A stretch of 64,000 nt of DNA, from NCBI GenBank assembly GCA_963707985.1, contig CAVPRW010000031.1, positions 352,001 to 416,000 of the forward strand, given 5' to 3'. This stretch comes from an uncultured Nitrospinota bacterium. Lineage in GTDB: Bacteria > Tectomicrobia > Entotheonellia > J063 > CAVPRW01. The stretch's first letter is position 1, and each line of letters starts with the position of its first letter. The translations under genes and the position numbers were made by a program. Below, in pieces: positions 1-11,326 of the stretch. The notes under the pieces were generated by a model, which saw only the letters and a list, made by a program, of their open reading frames with translations, searched no databases and was not told the DNA's origin.

Positions 1-774
1 GAGTGGGCATTGCTCCAACCCTATGTTCCTGAGCCCAAGCGTGGGGGACGACCAGAGAAGTACCCCAAGCGTGAAATCCTGAATGGGATCTTTTATATCG
101 TGCGCGGTGGCTGTGCCTGGCGTATGCTGCCGCATGACTTCCCCCCGTGGCAAATCGTCTACCACGACTTTTGGATCTGGCGTCAGGACGGCACCTGGCA
201 GCGGATGCATGACTTGCTCCGGGGCGATGTGCGAGTCGCCGCTGGCAACATTCCGACAGCCGAGTGCTGGCGTCATCGATAGTCAATCCATCAAGACCAC
301 GGAAAAAGGGGGGTCCGTGGGTATGACGCGGCGAAGCAGGTCAAGGGGCGCAAGCGCCATATCATCGTCGATACCCTCGGGCTGCTCCTCCACGTGATGG
401 TCACCGCGGCCCAGTGTGCAAGATCGCGTCGGGGCCATGTCCCTGCTGGACGTCCTGCGGCACCACTGCTCCCGCCTGCGCGTGATCTGGGCCGATCAGG
501 CGTATGCCGGGGACCTCGTGGCTTGGGTGTGGGCCCTACGGCCCTGGCGCAAAGTCCGGCTGGAGATCGTCAAACGGCCTGAGGGCGCCAAGGGCTTTCT
601 GCTCCTGCCGAAACGGTGGATCGTGGAGCGAACCTTCGCCTGGTTGGGCCGCTATCGCCGCTTATCAAAGGATGATGAGTATTTGACCCAGACGAGCGAA
701 GCGATGATCCAAGTGGCGATGATCCATCTCATGGTGCGACGCTTGGCTCACATGACAGGTTCTTAAACACCCTC
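1..774 (+). mobile_element. IS5-family (IS1031-like) element, 5' end outside window, transposase split by frameshifts
   Basis: ORF pieces 10-282 (REILNGIFYIVRGGCAWRMLPHDFPPW), [21 protein letters not shown] and 416-766 (KRWIVERTFAWLGRYRRLSKD). Right end ttcttaaacaccctc (760-774) followed by TAA. Confidence 0.85.
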
Positions 775-897
775 TAAGCGCCGCACCACCCGCAAGAGCC
801 GGCATCCGGCCCAAGACTGAGGTGACGCTCCCCCTCTTACCCTTCCCTGTCCGTCCGCCGCCTTTAGCCAGCCGGGCCCCTCCCCTCGGCACGTTTT

Positions 898-1030
898 CTA
901 GTGCACTTCCACAAGACCTGTTGTGCAAGCCCTCTTTCCTGGGAACGCCGGGCTCCAGCCCGGCCTACAAGGCCGCTGGAGCGTGGCGCTCCCAGGAGAA
1001 AGCACAAGAACTCCTGTGGAGATGCACTAG
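898..1030. mobile_element. Fold-back MITE/REP-like element, 133 bp
   Basis: 29-bp terminal inverted repeats (898-926 vs 1002-1030, 23/29 match), CTAG at both ends, internal palindrome 936-1000, no ORF. Confidence 0.65.
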
Positions 1031-1149
1031 GAACATACTTGCCGCTTCCTGGGGAGAATCACTAATGCCGTCGCACAACCTGGCCACGGTCGCCGCATCG
1101 TGTTCTGCCCCAGGCTAGCTCCTGGCCAATCCCCACGACAGGCGCGTCC

Positions 1150-1504
1150 ATGGGGACTGCCAGGCGACTTTCTTGACCGCCGGCCAGCAGCCCCGTGTCA
1201 CATCAACGCTTTGACCCAGAGGCGCAGCGCTTCCTCAGACACCTGGAGCAGCGCGGCGATTTGGGCATATCTCTCACCAGCAGCGGCGACAAGCCTGGCC
1301 ATCATGCGCTTCGGAGTGCGTACATCTCTGCGATCTTCGACCTGGCGAAGCCCTCGCTCACGGGCTTTGCGAGTTGGGGTCGCTGGAGTCAGGCGAATCT
1401 CTGGCATGGTGAGGCCTCTGTGAGAAAGAGCTTTTGCTATGCCATACATGCTCGGAGGACTTTCCTCTAGCACCCAGCCCAAAAACTTTTTCGTAAAGTC
1501 TGTA
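1150..1504 (-). pseudogene. IS630-family transposase N-terminal (HTH) remnant with left end
   Basis: Translation ERYAQIAALLQVSEEALRLWVKAL followed by a KSPG-like motif. End TACAGACTTTACGAAAAAG on the minus strand starts with TA. Confidence 0.55.
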
Positions 1505-1789
1505 GCAACTGCTTCCTCTAGTCGCCGCTCACCTTGTAGTTTTAGAGGGCCTGTGATACCTACAACGCAGGTGGACGCTTGCGCAGAGGTGAGCGCGGTA
1601 TAGGACGAGACCTAACTCCAGCGTTTCAGCACGTTGCGGGCACACGGGAGGTAGGACACATTCAGGAGAGAAGAGCAGACGGCATTGGACGGACACAATG
1701 GCGACATCGAAGAGATGGAGGTGGCATACCGTGGCGTACTATTTTGGACATTGCCGGGCAACGGTGTGTGACCGAGGGATAGCTATGCC

Positions 1790-2206
1790 ATGACTATCAC
1801 GAATGAGATTGCCCCCAAACTGGAATGGCAGCTCTGACAAGAGGTTGGCAGAGTCGATCTAGCGCCAGAGGCGTATATTGTCGAGGCGGTGCAAGAGCGC
1901 CTGGCGCAGACACGACCTCGGCGCCGCTATAGGCTACGCTTATCGCCAGAGGAAGTGCATCTATTCTCGAAAATCAACCTTGGCATATCGCCACACAAGT
2001 GGGAGCGCTACCACGAACAGGTAGCGCGACGCAAAGCCGAGACCTTAACGCCGGACGAACAGATAGAATTGATTGCCCTGTCAGATCACGACGAAGAAGT
2101 GAATGCCCAGCGCATGGGGTATCTCGCAGAGTTGGCGCGGCTGCGAAATACCTCATTAGAGGCCCTGATCAGAGAGCTTGGATTGACGCCAACTTCTGAT
2201 GGCTGA
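1790..2206 (+). pseudogene. Small hypothetical protein of the type usually found upstream of HNH nucleases; 5' part disrupted
   Basis: ORF 1889-2206 (KINLG...WERY...KRKAETLTPDEQIELIAL-like...LAELARLR). The upstream start region has an in-frame TGA. Overlaps the HNH start. Confidence 0.55.
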
Positions 2207-2332
2207 ACCCCGGTGCCTGCCAGACAGCGAGAGAAAGTCCCCAGACGGGCACGCGCATACTGTGAAAATTGTCTGTCGCAGGAGCCGTACTCACCCGATC
2301 CGTTCTCGGTGGAACATATGCTCCCTCTATCC

Positions 2333-3824
2333 GAATGGCATTCAGTTAAGCTGCAACCTCTTTTCTACAAGCAGTTAGCACGACTGGAACACGCTGATCT
2401 GATCTGGCAAGATGGAGGCTCCACCCCGCTTGTTTAGAGGAGAGCCCCCATGGTACCCAGTGTGACGACCGTCCTGCAGCGCTTCAAAACCGATTGGGCC
2501 GCCCAACTGCAACCCGAGGCGATCCACGCCGCCTGCGAAGCCGTAGGCTATACCGCATGGCGTGACCGTCTCCTCAATCCGGTGATCACGGTGCACTTGT
2601 TTCTCTTGCAGATCCTCCATGGCAACACGGCCTGTCGCCATCTCCCCCATCTCGCCGGCTTCTATTTCAGTGCCTCTGCGTACTGCCAAGCCCGCGCCAA
2701 GCTCCCCATCCGCGTGCTCGAACACCTCTTGGAGCGCCTGGGTCAGTCTAACCAGGCCACCGTCGCCGAGGAAGGTCGCTGGCATGGACATCGGACGTTT
2801 TTTGTCGATGGTTCGGGCTGCTCCATGCCGGATACACCAGTATTGCAGGCAGAGTTTGGGCAGCCCTCCGAGCAACGCCCCGGCTGTGGCTTCCCTGTCG
2901 CCCGCCTGTTGGCCCTTTTTCATGCCGGTACTGGGCTCTTAACCCAGCTGGTCAGCGCGCCCTTGCTGACCCACGATCTAGCACTCGTGCAACACGTCCA
3001 TCCTGCCTTAGCCTCCGAGGATGTGCTGGTCGCCGACCGGGGGTTGTGTTCATATGCCCATATCGCCCTGCTCGTCCGGCTGGGGATGCATGCGGTGTTC
3101 CGGGTCGGCTCACGGCAGATTGTGGACTTCACGCCGCACCGCCCCTTTGTCATGCCGGCGACCAGGCGCTCTGCATCCATCAAAGGGCTCCCACGGTCCC
3201 GCTGGATCAGCGTCTTTAGCAAAGACGACCAACTGGTTGAATGGTTCAAGCCCCGCACCTGTCCGCCCTGGCTCAGTCCCGACGCCCTGGAGGCCCTGCC
3301 GCCGTCGTTGGTGGTGCGCGAGCTCCGCTATCACGTGACCCAGCGCGGGTTTCGCTCGCGCCAGATCACTGTCGTCACCACCTTGATCGATGCGGAGCGC
3401 TACCCATGTGCGGACTTAGCCGAGCTCTACCAGCAGCGTTGGGAAGCCGAAACCCATCTGGCACAACTCAAGACCACGATGAAGATGGACGTGCTCCATT
3501 GTCAAACCGTGTTGGGGGTCCACAAGGAACTCCTCGTTTTTGCCATCCTCTATAATCTCGTGCGCCTCGTCATGCTGCAATCGGCTAAACAACAACAGGT
3601 CGGCGTGGAACGGATCAGCTTTCTGGACGCTTTGCGATGGCTCGGAGCCCCTGCCACCGGTGTGCTGTTGGAGGCCTGATTCGTTAATCCCACGCGGCCC
3701 AACCGCGTCGAGCCTCGGGTCAAAAAGCGGCGCCCCAAAGCCTTCCCCTTCATGACGAAATCACGTCGTGCATTGCGTCAAGCCTTGCTGCAACAACAAC
3801 TTGGAGACTAACTGAATGCCATTC
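2333..3824 (+). mobile_element. IS4-family insertion sequence, 1492 bp
   Basis: Perfect 16-bp IRs gaatggcattcagtta / taactgaatgccattc. 10-bp target duplication ccctctatcc at 2323-2332 and 3825-3834. Confidence 0.95.
2450..3811 (+). CDS. IS4-family DDE transposase (1-nt frameshift near 3675)
   Basis: VDGS, VADRG and YQQRWEAETHLAQLK (YREK) motifs. C-terminal RVEPRVKKRRPK continues in another frame. Confidence 0.9.
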
Positions 3825-4378
3825 CCCTCTATCCAAGGGTGGTACGCATGCCCCTGACAATTGGCGTGGTCCTGCCAGGGGTGTAACAATCGCAAATACG
3901 TGAGTACCGAAGCCCTTGACCCCGTGACTGGCTATACAGTGCCGCTCTATCATCCGCTCCGGAATCGCTGGTTAGCGCATTTTGCGTGGAATAAGGCTGA
4001 TACATTGGTGATAGGCTTGACCCCAACTGGCCGGGCAACCGTGGAAAAGCGAAAGGAGAATTGGGCGGGTGTTGTGAATCTGCGTCGGAATTTGTCCTCA
4101 ATAGACATACATCCCCCGGAGACTTGAGTCGTCATACTGTGTACGATTATCAGCGCTTCTTGAAGAGTGGCACCTCTTCTCCTGGCGGCACGAGTCGGCT
4201 CCAGATCGCCCGACAATGGGTCATGAAATCTTGATAAGCCGTCTCCTCAGGCATTCCCACCACCTCTGTTGTTTGCATGCTGAGCAATAGCCTACACGCT
4301 CTCCGCCTAGATTGGGAACACACGGTCTGCACTCCGGCGACGCTCTCGTCGAGATGTCTCTTGTCCTGCCCATTGCCT

Positions 4379-5500
4379 TCACGCCAATGCCTCGAGTAAT
4401 CCCTTGGCTTCTCGTAGGTCGGCGCTGCCAGTGCCTCGGCCAGCGCCACGAGCCCCTCGGTTGTCTGCCCCGCCTGGGCGGATGCCTCGGCGAGCAAGGC
4501 CAGGGGTTCCGGTCGGTCCCTTATCCCCCCCGTTGATCGATAGGCGGACAGCCCCGTAGGGTGTACTGGCGATTAAATTCCGATGGTTATCGACGCAAAC
4601 ACAAGCAAGCCCAGTCGGTTGGGCATCATCGATAACAATGCGCACGACTTCAACCAACCCTCCAGAGCGATTGAGCCCAAAGATGGATCGTGATTGATTG
4701 ACTATGTAGAGATTGTCGGCTTCATCGAAGCGGATTTGCTGGAGCCTTCGAAGTCCCTGGTAATATACCGTTTGCTGTCCTGGTGAGAGGTGGGCTACCT
4801 CGATCTTAGCAGAGGAGAATAATCCCTGCCACTCAGCCTCAATCGTCACAAATCCAAATTCCTTCGGGTATAGAATACCGCCCTTGACGAACGCGACCCG
4901 GACGTTTGATGACTTCCAGTGGGTTATGCTGGTGACGTCCTCCTCTTGCCATGCTGAACCATCGCTCTTGTACGCGCGGACATTGAGAGTTCGCTTTTCG
5001 TTCACCTCGGTATGAACCGGTAGAGGGAAAAACCCGGATGCTTCCATCGGGACTCACCCAGTTCACCGAGGATTTGGGGCTTTGCGATGAGAGCGCCGCT
5101 CCACGCCTCGTGGATTTGTCCATTACGCGGACCCCGATACCATGATTCCTCTACTGCCTCATCCCCGAAGCGACCGTCTAAGATGTACTGGCCCGCCTGG
5201 TATCTCCCTGGGGGCGTCGGAATACTCGTTGTGTGCTGCCTCCCAAAATCTAACACCGAATACAGCAGACCCACGACCGTTTCCCGTCGGATCTTGCAAT
5301 GCCTATCAACGTAGAGGGGGATATCAGCTGCGATGACTTGGTACAGATTCTGTATATGCGGCTCGAGTGAGTGACAATCGCCGAACACCTCCGTCGTGCC
5401 GCCATGCTCGCTCTCTAAGTGCAGAATTCCCGAAAACCCAGAAGGGAGGATGACCTCAATGGTAGACTGACGCTTGCCGACGATTGGTGCGGGCGCGTTA
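4379..5500 (-). pseudogene. Hypothetical protein remnant(s), compositionally more AT-rich; possible Ig-like plus NHL/beta-propeller segments
   Basis: Overlapping ORFs 5002-5388 and 4379-5047 (FDEADNLYIV, VDNHRNL repeats), 3' end fused to an unrelated TPR-like fragment (LAEASAQAGQTTEGL). Confidence 0.35.
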
Positions 5501-6041
5501 CCTGCTATGATACTTGTGACCTAATCAAGGTTCTCACCCCGAATCTCTGCGCGTGGCTGGTCGTGTGAGCCGATAATCCGGACCGCCTGCGCCTTCGGGA
5601 AGCGATTACGGCCACGGCGGTCATGAGGGTGGTATGCCGCTGGGCGGCAGTGATGAAGCCCTGCGAGATCACAGCGAGTCGTATGGAGGCGGGAGCGCAT
5701 ATGCCACCCTGCCCGTGCAGGCTCATGCCGGTCGTGACACGCGTGCGAGGGTAAGCCCGACTTGGCCAAAATTTCGCCTTTCGCTACCCCGAGCCCCGTA
5801 GTGAATTTGCCGCAGATCATTGATCGGGAACTCAAGGAGTGATGTCTCCCGGTCGATGCGCTCGAGCGTTGAGGATGCGCCTTCCAGAAAGGAAATGGTG
5901 GAAGCAGCCCGTGAGGGATTGATCATCGGTATTGTCCGAGGCGCTACGAAGGAACGTCATTTAATATCCCCTGAATCTTTCAAATGACAACCAAGAGAAC
6001 GGAGAACGAAGTCAAGGCAAGTCACGATGGGAACTTTTTGC

Positions 6042-6071
6042 TTGCAGCATGCAGGCATATGCCCGTATAAT
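6042..6071 (+). promoter_or_regulatory. Possible sigma70 promoter
   Basis: TTGCAG-N18-TATAAT about 100 bp upstream of the 6175 gene. Confidence 0.4.
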
Positions 6072-6174
6072 TCCGGGAAAAACCACTATTGGAGCGGGTT
6101 TGAACCGAATTGCGGTCAGTATCGATCAGCCAGGGAAGTGCCTGGCCACATCTGTTATCGTGTGAGAGGAATGC

Positions 6175-7080
6175 GTGAAGCTCTGGGCTGATCTGCGAAA
6201 GGCATGGAAAACTATGCTGGAGCCGTATCGTATGTATCCGGGCCCGCCAAAAACCTTGTTCACCAAGACCAGCAACCACCATCAGATTAGTGTCACGGAC
6301 GACGGCGAGGTCCGGCACCTCAAGTTTGGTGATTCACTCCAAAGCGGCATGTACGTTGTCGACCCGGTAAAAAGCGACTTCCGTTACACGGAATATTTTC
6401 ATCTAGCCTGGGTCTTCAAGCGCGATATCCGGTCAGTGCTGTTCCTCGGGCTTGGGGGCGGGTCCACACCCAAGAAGTTTCATGCGGATTATCCCTCGAT
6501 CACCATGGATATCGTCGAGATCGACCCGGCAGTGGTTGAGGTGGCGGAACGCTTTTTTCACTTTCAGTCTGGGCCACGCCTGAACGTCATCGTGGATGAT
6601 GCGCGGGCGTACTTGGAAACAACCGACAAACGCTATGATCTGATCGTGCATGATGCCTACTTTTCAGAGGCGGTGCCGTTTCACCTCATGACCCGGGAAT
6701 TCTTCCATACCGCGGTGCAACGCTTGACGCCGACAGGTGTATTCGCCTTCAACCTCATCAGCGATGTCGTCGGCCCCGAGAGCTCGCTCTTCCGTGCGGT
6801 CTATAAGTGCTGGCAAGAGCTGTTCACGGCGATCCATGTGTTTCCGGTCGAGGGCAAACGCAACATCGCTATGATCGGCTGCCGCACAGGTGAGCTCGTA
6901 CCTAAGGATGAGGTGGTCAGACGCGCCGCACAGTTGCGTGAGGAGTGGGGCAATGTGCCGCTACTCGAGACGCATGCGAAACATATGCGGACAGCCAAAG
7001 TGCGTACCGATGATATCCCCTTCCTCACGGATGAGGTGTCTGGTCCTGAGGGGGGCCGAGGCTACATGTCGGTGCGCTAA
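6175..7080 (+). CDS. Spermidine-synthase-like SAM-dependent methyltransferase
   Basis: LFLGLGGG, VEIDPAVV, DDARAYL, YDLIVHDAY, PFHLMTREFF and C-terminal LTD motifs. Confidence 0.85.
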   Translation: MKLWADLRKAWKTMLEPYRMYPGPPKTLFTKTSNHHQISVTDDGEVRHLKFGDSLQSGMYVVDPVKSDFRYTEYFHLAWVFKRDIRSVLFLGLGGGSTPKKFHADYPSITMDIVEIDPAVVEVAERFFHFQSGPRLNVIVDDARAYLETTDKRYDLIVHDAYFSEAVPFHLMTREFFHTAVQRLTPTGVFAFNLISDVVGPESSLFRAVYKCWQELFTAIHVFPVEGKRNIAMIGCRTGELVPKDEVVRRAAQLREEWGNVPLLETHAKHMRTAKVRTDDIPFLTDEVSGPEGGRGYMSVR

Positions 7081-7115
7081 CGGCTGAACGCCAGACGACA
7101 GGCAAACGTCATCTG

Positions 7116-7880
7116 ATGAATCTTGGGGTCTTCAGTCTTGAAGGACGCACCGCTATCGTCACCGGAGCCAGCGGCGGGCTTGGGAAAGAGACGGCGCTGG
7201 CCTTCGCCGAGGTCGGCTGTGATGTCGCCATTGCCGCACGCAATCGGCAGGCGCTCGAAGAGGTAGCGGCGGCGGTGGAGCGGAAAGGGCGTCGTTGTCT
7301 CGCCGTACAAACCGATATCACCCAGGCCGCCGAGGTGCAACGCCTGATCGATCGCACCGTCGAGCGCTTTCAGAGGATCGATATCCTGGTCAACAATGCC
7401 GCTATCGCGGTGGAGAAACTCATTGCCGATCTCAGCGAAGCCGAATGGCGTCGTGTCATCGAGACTGACCTGAATGGCACCTTCTTTTGCTCCCAGGCCG
7501 CTGGCAAACACATGATGCAACAAGGCGGCGGACGAATTATCAACGTCGTCTCGGCAGCCGGACTCGTGGCCGTACCGCTCTTGGGAGCATACGGCGCCGC
7601 CAAGGGAGGAGTCGTGCAGTTCACGCGAGTCCTGGCCGCCGAGTGGGCACGTTATCAAATCACGGTCAATGCCCTCGCTCCCGGCTATTTTCTCTCGCCG
7701 ATGAATGAGGCACGCTTTGCGGACCCTGACATTCTTCACAACACCACCCGTCGCATCCCGATGAGACGCCTTGCCACCTACGACGACCTGACCCCAGCGC
7801 TGATTTTTCTGGCATCGGAGGCGGCCAAGTACATGACCGGTCAAGTGATTGTCGTCGATGGCGGCTGGACGATCCTCTGA
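7116..7880 (+). CDS. SDR family oxidoreductase (KduD/FabG-like)
   Basis: TGASGGLG, LVNNAA, YGAAK, VNALAPG, TGQVIVVDGG. Confidence 0.9.
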   Translation: MNLGVFSLEGRTAIVTGASGGLGKETALAFAEVGCDVAIAARNRQALEEVAAAVERKGRRCLAVQTDITQAAEVQRLIDRTVERFQRIDILVNNAAIAVEKLIADLSEAEWRRVIETDLNGTFFCSQAAGKHMMQQGGGRIINVVSAAGLVAVPLLGAYGAAKGGVVQFTRVLAAEWARYQITVNALAPGYFLSPMNEARFADPDILHNTTRRIPMRRLATYDDLTPALIFLASEAAKYMTGQVIVVDGGWTIL

Positions 7881-7885
7881 GACAC

Positions 7886-8719
7886 ATGCTCTGTCACACG
7901 TTTCAACATATTCCAGGCCTTGGTGAACGCCGGGAGCGCGCCCTCTGGCGCCGTGGCATCTCGACCTGGGATGACTTCCTGGCGGCTCCCCAGCGTAGCG
8001 GCTTGCCGTCAACGTTGCTGCACGACGCCGAGGCCATCCTTCACCTGTCGCAGGAGGCCCTGCGTCAGGGGAACATCTATTTTTTCGCGCAACTGTTGCC
8101 CGTGCGCGAGCATTGGCGTCTCTATGGTGATTTTCAGGACGTGACCGCCTATCTCGACATCGAAACCGGACCACTGGGGCATGGCCGACAGGGTATCACC
8201 GTCATTGGCCTCTTCGATGGGCAGGAGTTTCGGTCCTTCGTGCGAGGTCACAACCTGCATACCTTTGAGGACCATCTGCGACGGTATGACCTGCTGGTCA
8301 CCTTTAACGGCAAGAGCTTCGATTTGCCGGTGATCGAGCGTGAGTTGGGGATTCCCATCTACCAGGCGCAGATCGATCTCAGACTGTTGCTGCACCGGCT
8401 TGGCTACCAGGGCGGTTTGAAGCGTATCGAGCGGCAGTGGGGGATCGACCGGGAGGGTGAGATCGCGGGCTTAACCGGTTTTGATGCAGTCTTGCTCTGG
8501 GCCCGCTATCGGCACGGCGACGTCGCGGCGCTGCAGCGGCTCATCGCCTACAATCGTGCTGATGTGGTAAACCTCGAAGTCTTGTTACAGCGCGGCTATG
8601 CGCTGGCCCGAGATCAGATCAGGGCCGCCGCCGACGAGACCGTCCCGGGTAAGGTTGGCGGGACGGTGAAAGGATCGACATCATATGGCATTGCTGAATC
8701 CGGTCGCACGCCAGATTGA
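7886..8719 (+). CDS. YprB-like RNase H-fold exonuclease with N-terminal HhH
   Basis: HIPGLG, YLDIETG, LVTFNGKSFDLP, GGLKRIE, YNRADV. Confidence 0.85.
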   Translation: MLCHTFQHIPGLGERRERALWRRGISTWDDFLAAPQRSGLPSTLLHDAEAILHLSQEALRQGNIYFFAQLLPVREHWRLYGDFQDVTAYLDIETGPLGHGRQGITVIGLFDGQEFRSFVRGHNLHTFEDHLRRYDLLVTFNGKSFDLPVIERELGIPIYQAQIDLRLLLHRLGYQGGLKRIERQWGIDREGEIAGLTGFDAVLLWARYRHGDVAALQRLIAYNRADVVNLEVLLQRGYALARDQIRAAADETVPGKVGGTVKGSTSYGIAESGRTPD

Positions 8720-9716
8720 CCCCGAGTTACACGCCATCACGGCGTGGCTGCAGGGACCAGGGAGCGATCATTTTCTGGTCACCTCGCACGTGCATCCCGA
8801 CGGCGACGGACTGGCGTCGATGTTGGCCTGTGGGCGCATCCTCCGCCATCTCGGCAAGCAGGTGTGGCTCGTGACCGATGGCATGCTGTCGCCACGCTAT
8901 GGCTACTTGCCCCAGATCGACACGGTCGTCTCATACCGACAAGGCTTAGAGGCTGAGTTGCCGGTGGCCAATGTCATCACTGTCGATGTGCCGACCTTAT
9001 CGCGGCTTGAGCGCGTGGCCCGTCTCATCCCTCCTGAGGCGGCAATCTTAAAAATCGATCATCATCCGAGCGACGACCACTTCGGGCGCTTCAATTATGT
9101 CGACACGGCAGCCAGTTCGACGGCGGAGCTCGTCTATCGTCTCTGCATGGCCCTGGGAATTCCCTTCGATGCGGCACTGGGAACCTGGCTCTATACCGGG
9201 CTTGCCTTCGATACCGGCCGCTTTCGCCATTCCTCGACAACCCCGGAAGCGTTGATCATCGCCGGGGAAATGGTACGCGCCGGTGCCAACCCACAGCTCA
9301 TCGCAGAACAACTGTTTTATGAGTATCGGCCGACGACCTTATCCCTGCTGGCATCTACGCTGCAGTCGTTGGAGTGCGTGCTGGATGGGCGGGTGTCGAT
9401 CCTCGCGCTCGATCATGCGATTCTGGGACAGGCGCGCTACGGCGACGAAGATATGGATGGCTTCATCGATTATGCGGTGTCCTTGCAGGGGGTCGAGGTC
9501 GCCCTGTTTTTGCGCGAGCACGAACCTGGCCAGATTCGCATTAGCCTACGTGCCAAGCATGATGTCGATGTGCGAGCCGTGGCTGAGGTCTTTGGCGGCG
9601 GCGGCCATCGCAAGGCCGCCGGAGCACGTATGACGGGGACACTTGCCGAGGCTAAAACCCGGCTGCTACAGGAGATTCAGCGGCATCTAGAACCGTCAAA
9701 CGAACGGTCGGCTTGA
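8685..9716 (+). CDS. nrnA: DHH/DHHA1 phosphoesterase (nanoRNase/pAp phosphatase)
   Basis: HVHPDGDGL, IDHH, DTGRF, ISLRAK, GGGGHRKAAG. Confidence 0.88.
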   Translation: MALLNPVARQIDPELHAITAWLQGPGSDHFLVTSHVHPDGDGLASMLACGRILRHLGKQVWLVTDGMLSPRYGYLPQIDTVVSYRQGLEAELPVANVITVDVPTLSRLERVARLIPPEAAILKIDHHPSDDHFGRFNYVDTAASSTAELVYRLCMALGIPFDAALGTWLYTGLAFDTGRFRHSSTTPEALIIAGEMVRAGANPQLIAEQLFYEYRPTTLSLLASTLQSLECVLDGRVSILALDHAILGQARYGDEDMDGFIDYAVSLQGVEVALFLREHEPGQIRISLRAKHDVDVRAVAEVFGGGGHRKAAGARMTGTLAEAKTRLLQEIQRHLEPSNERSA

Positions 9717-9741
9717 CGACTAAGGGTTTTTTCTCTAGACT
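9713..9741 (+). promoter_or_regulatory. sigma70-type promoter for the mtaB operon
   Basis: TTGACG-N17-TAGACT. Confidence 0.55.
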
Positions 9742-9891
9742 GCCGGACGGTATGGAGCATCGTGGTCTTCCTCAGATTTTTCCCGATCTCCAGGCAGCGG
9801 AGATCGGGGGTTTCGATCACACCGCTGTACTCGCCGGTCCAAGTGAGTCGGGAAGAGGCTGAGCGCGGTAGATACAGAAACGGGAGCCGTC

Positions 9892-11298
9892 GTGCGGGAT
9901 CGCGTGGCATTTTTCACGCTCGGATGTAAGCTCAATTCTTACGAAACAGAGTCGCTGCGTGAGGTCTTTCATCAACATCGCTACGACATCGTCGACATCG
10001 ATCAGCCCGCTGACTACTATGTGATCAATACCTGCGCCGTCACCGGGCACGCGGAGGCCGATGCTCGGCAGCTCATTCGTTCGCTCACCAAGCGGAATCC
10101 CGCAGCGCGAGTCATCGTCACCGGCTGCTATGCTCAGCGCGACGCCCAGACCTTGGCGAGGATGCCGGAAGTGGCCCTGGTCATCGGCAATGCGGAGAAG
10201 ACCCAACTCTTCCAGCTCTTCGAGGACAGCCTCGTCACACCGGACAATAGGAAGAAGGTCTTCACCTCACATCCCTTCAAAGGTCAGCCAAAGGAACGGT
10301 TCAGCTTCGGTGCAGGCGGCGAAGCTGCCACCGTCAGTCCCTTTACCCGTGCCACCATCAAAGTGCAGGACGGCTGTGACGACTTTTGCACGTTTTGCAT
10401 CATTCCGCACCTGCGTGGCACGAGTGTCAGTCGGCCCATTGCCGCCATCCTCGAGCATGCCCGCGCTTTGGCCACTGCTGGGTATAGGGAGATCGATCTT
10501 ACCGGCGTCCATACTGGGGCCTATGGGATGGATTTTGCGACTCCGACCACACTGTTGGCGATGCTGGAGCAACTCGTACGAGTGGACGGGATCGAGCGCA
10601 TTCGACTGAACTCGATTGAGCCTGCCACAGTCAGCGAGGACTTGTTAGATTTTATCGCCGCCTCTCCAAAGATTTGTCAACATCTGCACATCTGTCTGCA
10701 GAGCGGTGATGACGACATCCTACGTCTGATGCGGCGACACTATGATGTGGCATCGTACGAACGCTTGATCACCAACGTCATGAGGCGCATGCCGGAATGC
10801 GGATTAGGGAGCGACCTATTGGTCGGCTTCCCAGGTGAGACCGAGGTGCACTTCGAACGGACACTGCGCGTTGTTGAGCGCCTGCCCTTTTCGTATCTGC
10901 ATGTCTTCAGCTATTCGGCCAGGCCGGGGACGCCAGCCGCCAAGTATCCTGGTCAGGTGCAACCTGCGGTGACCAAGGAACGTAGTCGGCGCCTGCGTGA
11001 GTTAGCCCAGGCCAAGAAAAAAGCCTTCGCCGAGCGCTTTCTCGGCCAGGAGCGGGTGATCCTCCTGGAGGGCAAGCGCGATAAGACCCGACACTTCCTG
11101 TCGGGTTTGACGGAGCACTACATCCGCGTGCATGTCGATGCGCCAGAGGCAGCGGTGAATCAGCTCGTGCCGGTCCGTCTGGTAGCGTTGGCAGAGGACG
11201 AGGTGCTGGGCGAATGGATCGGTGGAGAGGGAGCCGCTGTCGAGCCGGTGAAGCAGATGCCTGCAGTGAATCATGCGAACCTGCACACGCTCCCATAG
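9892..11298 (+). CDS. mtaB: tRNA t6A37 methylthiotransferase (radical SAM)
   Basis: TLGCKLNSYE, INTCAVT, VTGCYAQ, KVQDGCDDFCTFC, LHVFSYSARPGT, C-terminal TRAM-like region. Confidence 0.92.
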   Translation: MRDRVAFFTLGCKLNSYETESLREVFHQHRYDIVDIDQPADYYVINTCAVTGHAEADARQLIRSLTKRNPAARVIVTGCYAQRDAQTLARMPEVALVIGNAEKTQLFQLFEDSLVTPDNRKKVFTSHPFKGQPKERFSFGAGGEAATVSPFTRATIKVQDGCDDFCTFCIIPHLRGTSVSRPIAAILEHARALATAGYREIDLTGVHTGAYGMDFATPTTLLAMLEQLVRVDGIERIRLNSIEPATVSEDLLDFIAASPKICQHLHICLQSGDDDILRLMRRHYDVASYERLITNVMRRMPECGLGSDLLVGFPGETEVHFERTLRVVERLPFSYLHVFSYSARPGTPAAKYPGQVQPAVTKERSRRLRELAQAKKKAFAERFLGQERVILLEGKRDKTRHFLSGLTEHYIRVHVDAPEAAVNQLVPVRLVALAEDEVLGEWIGGEGAAVEPVKQMPAVNHANLHTLP

Positions 11299-11326
11299 CA
11301 GCTGATCGAATGTTGGAGGATGATGG

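Larger units (their letters stand above)
2199..4127 (+). pseudogene. HNH endonuclease interrupted by IS4
   Basis: 5' half CENC...FSVEHMLPLS (to 2332) joins KGG...LAWSCQGCNNRK...LYHPLR...HFAW...GLTPTGRAT (3835-4127). Extra 1-nt shifts are present. Confidence 0.85.
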
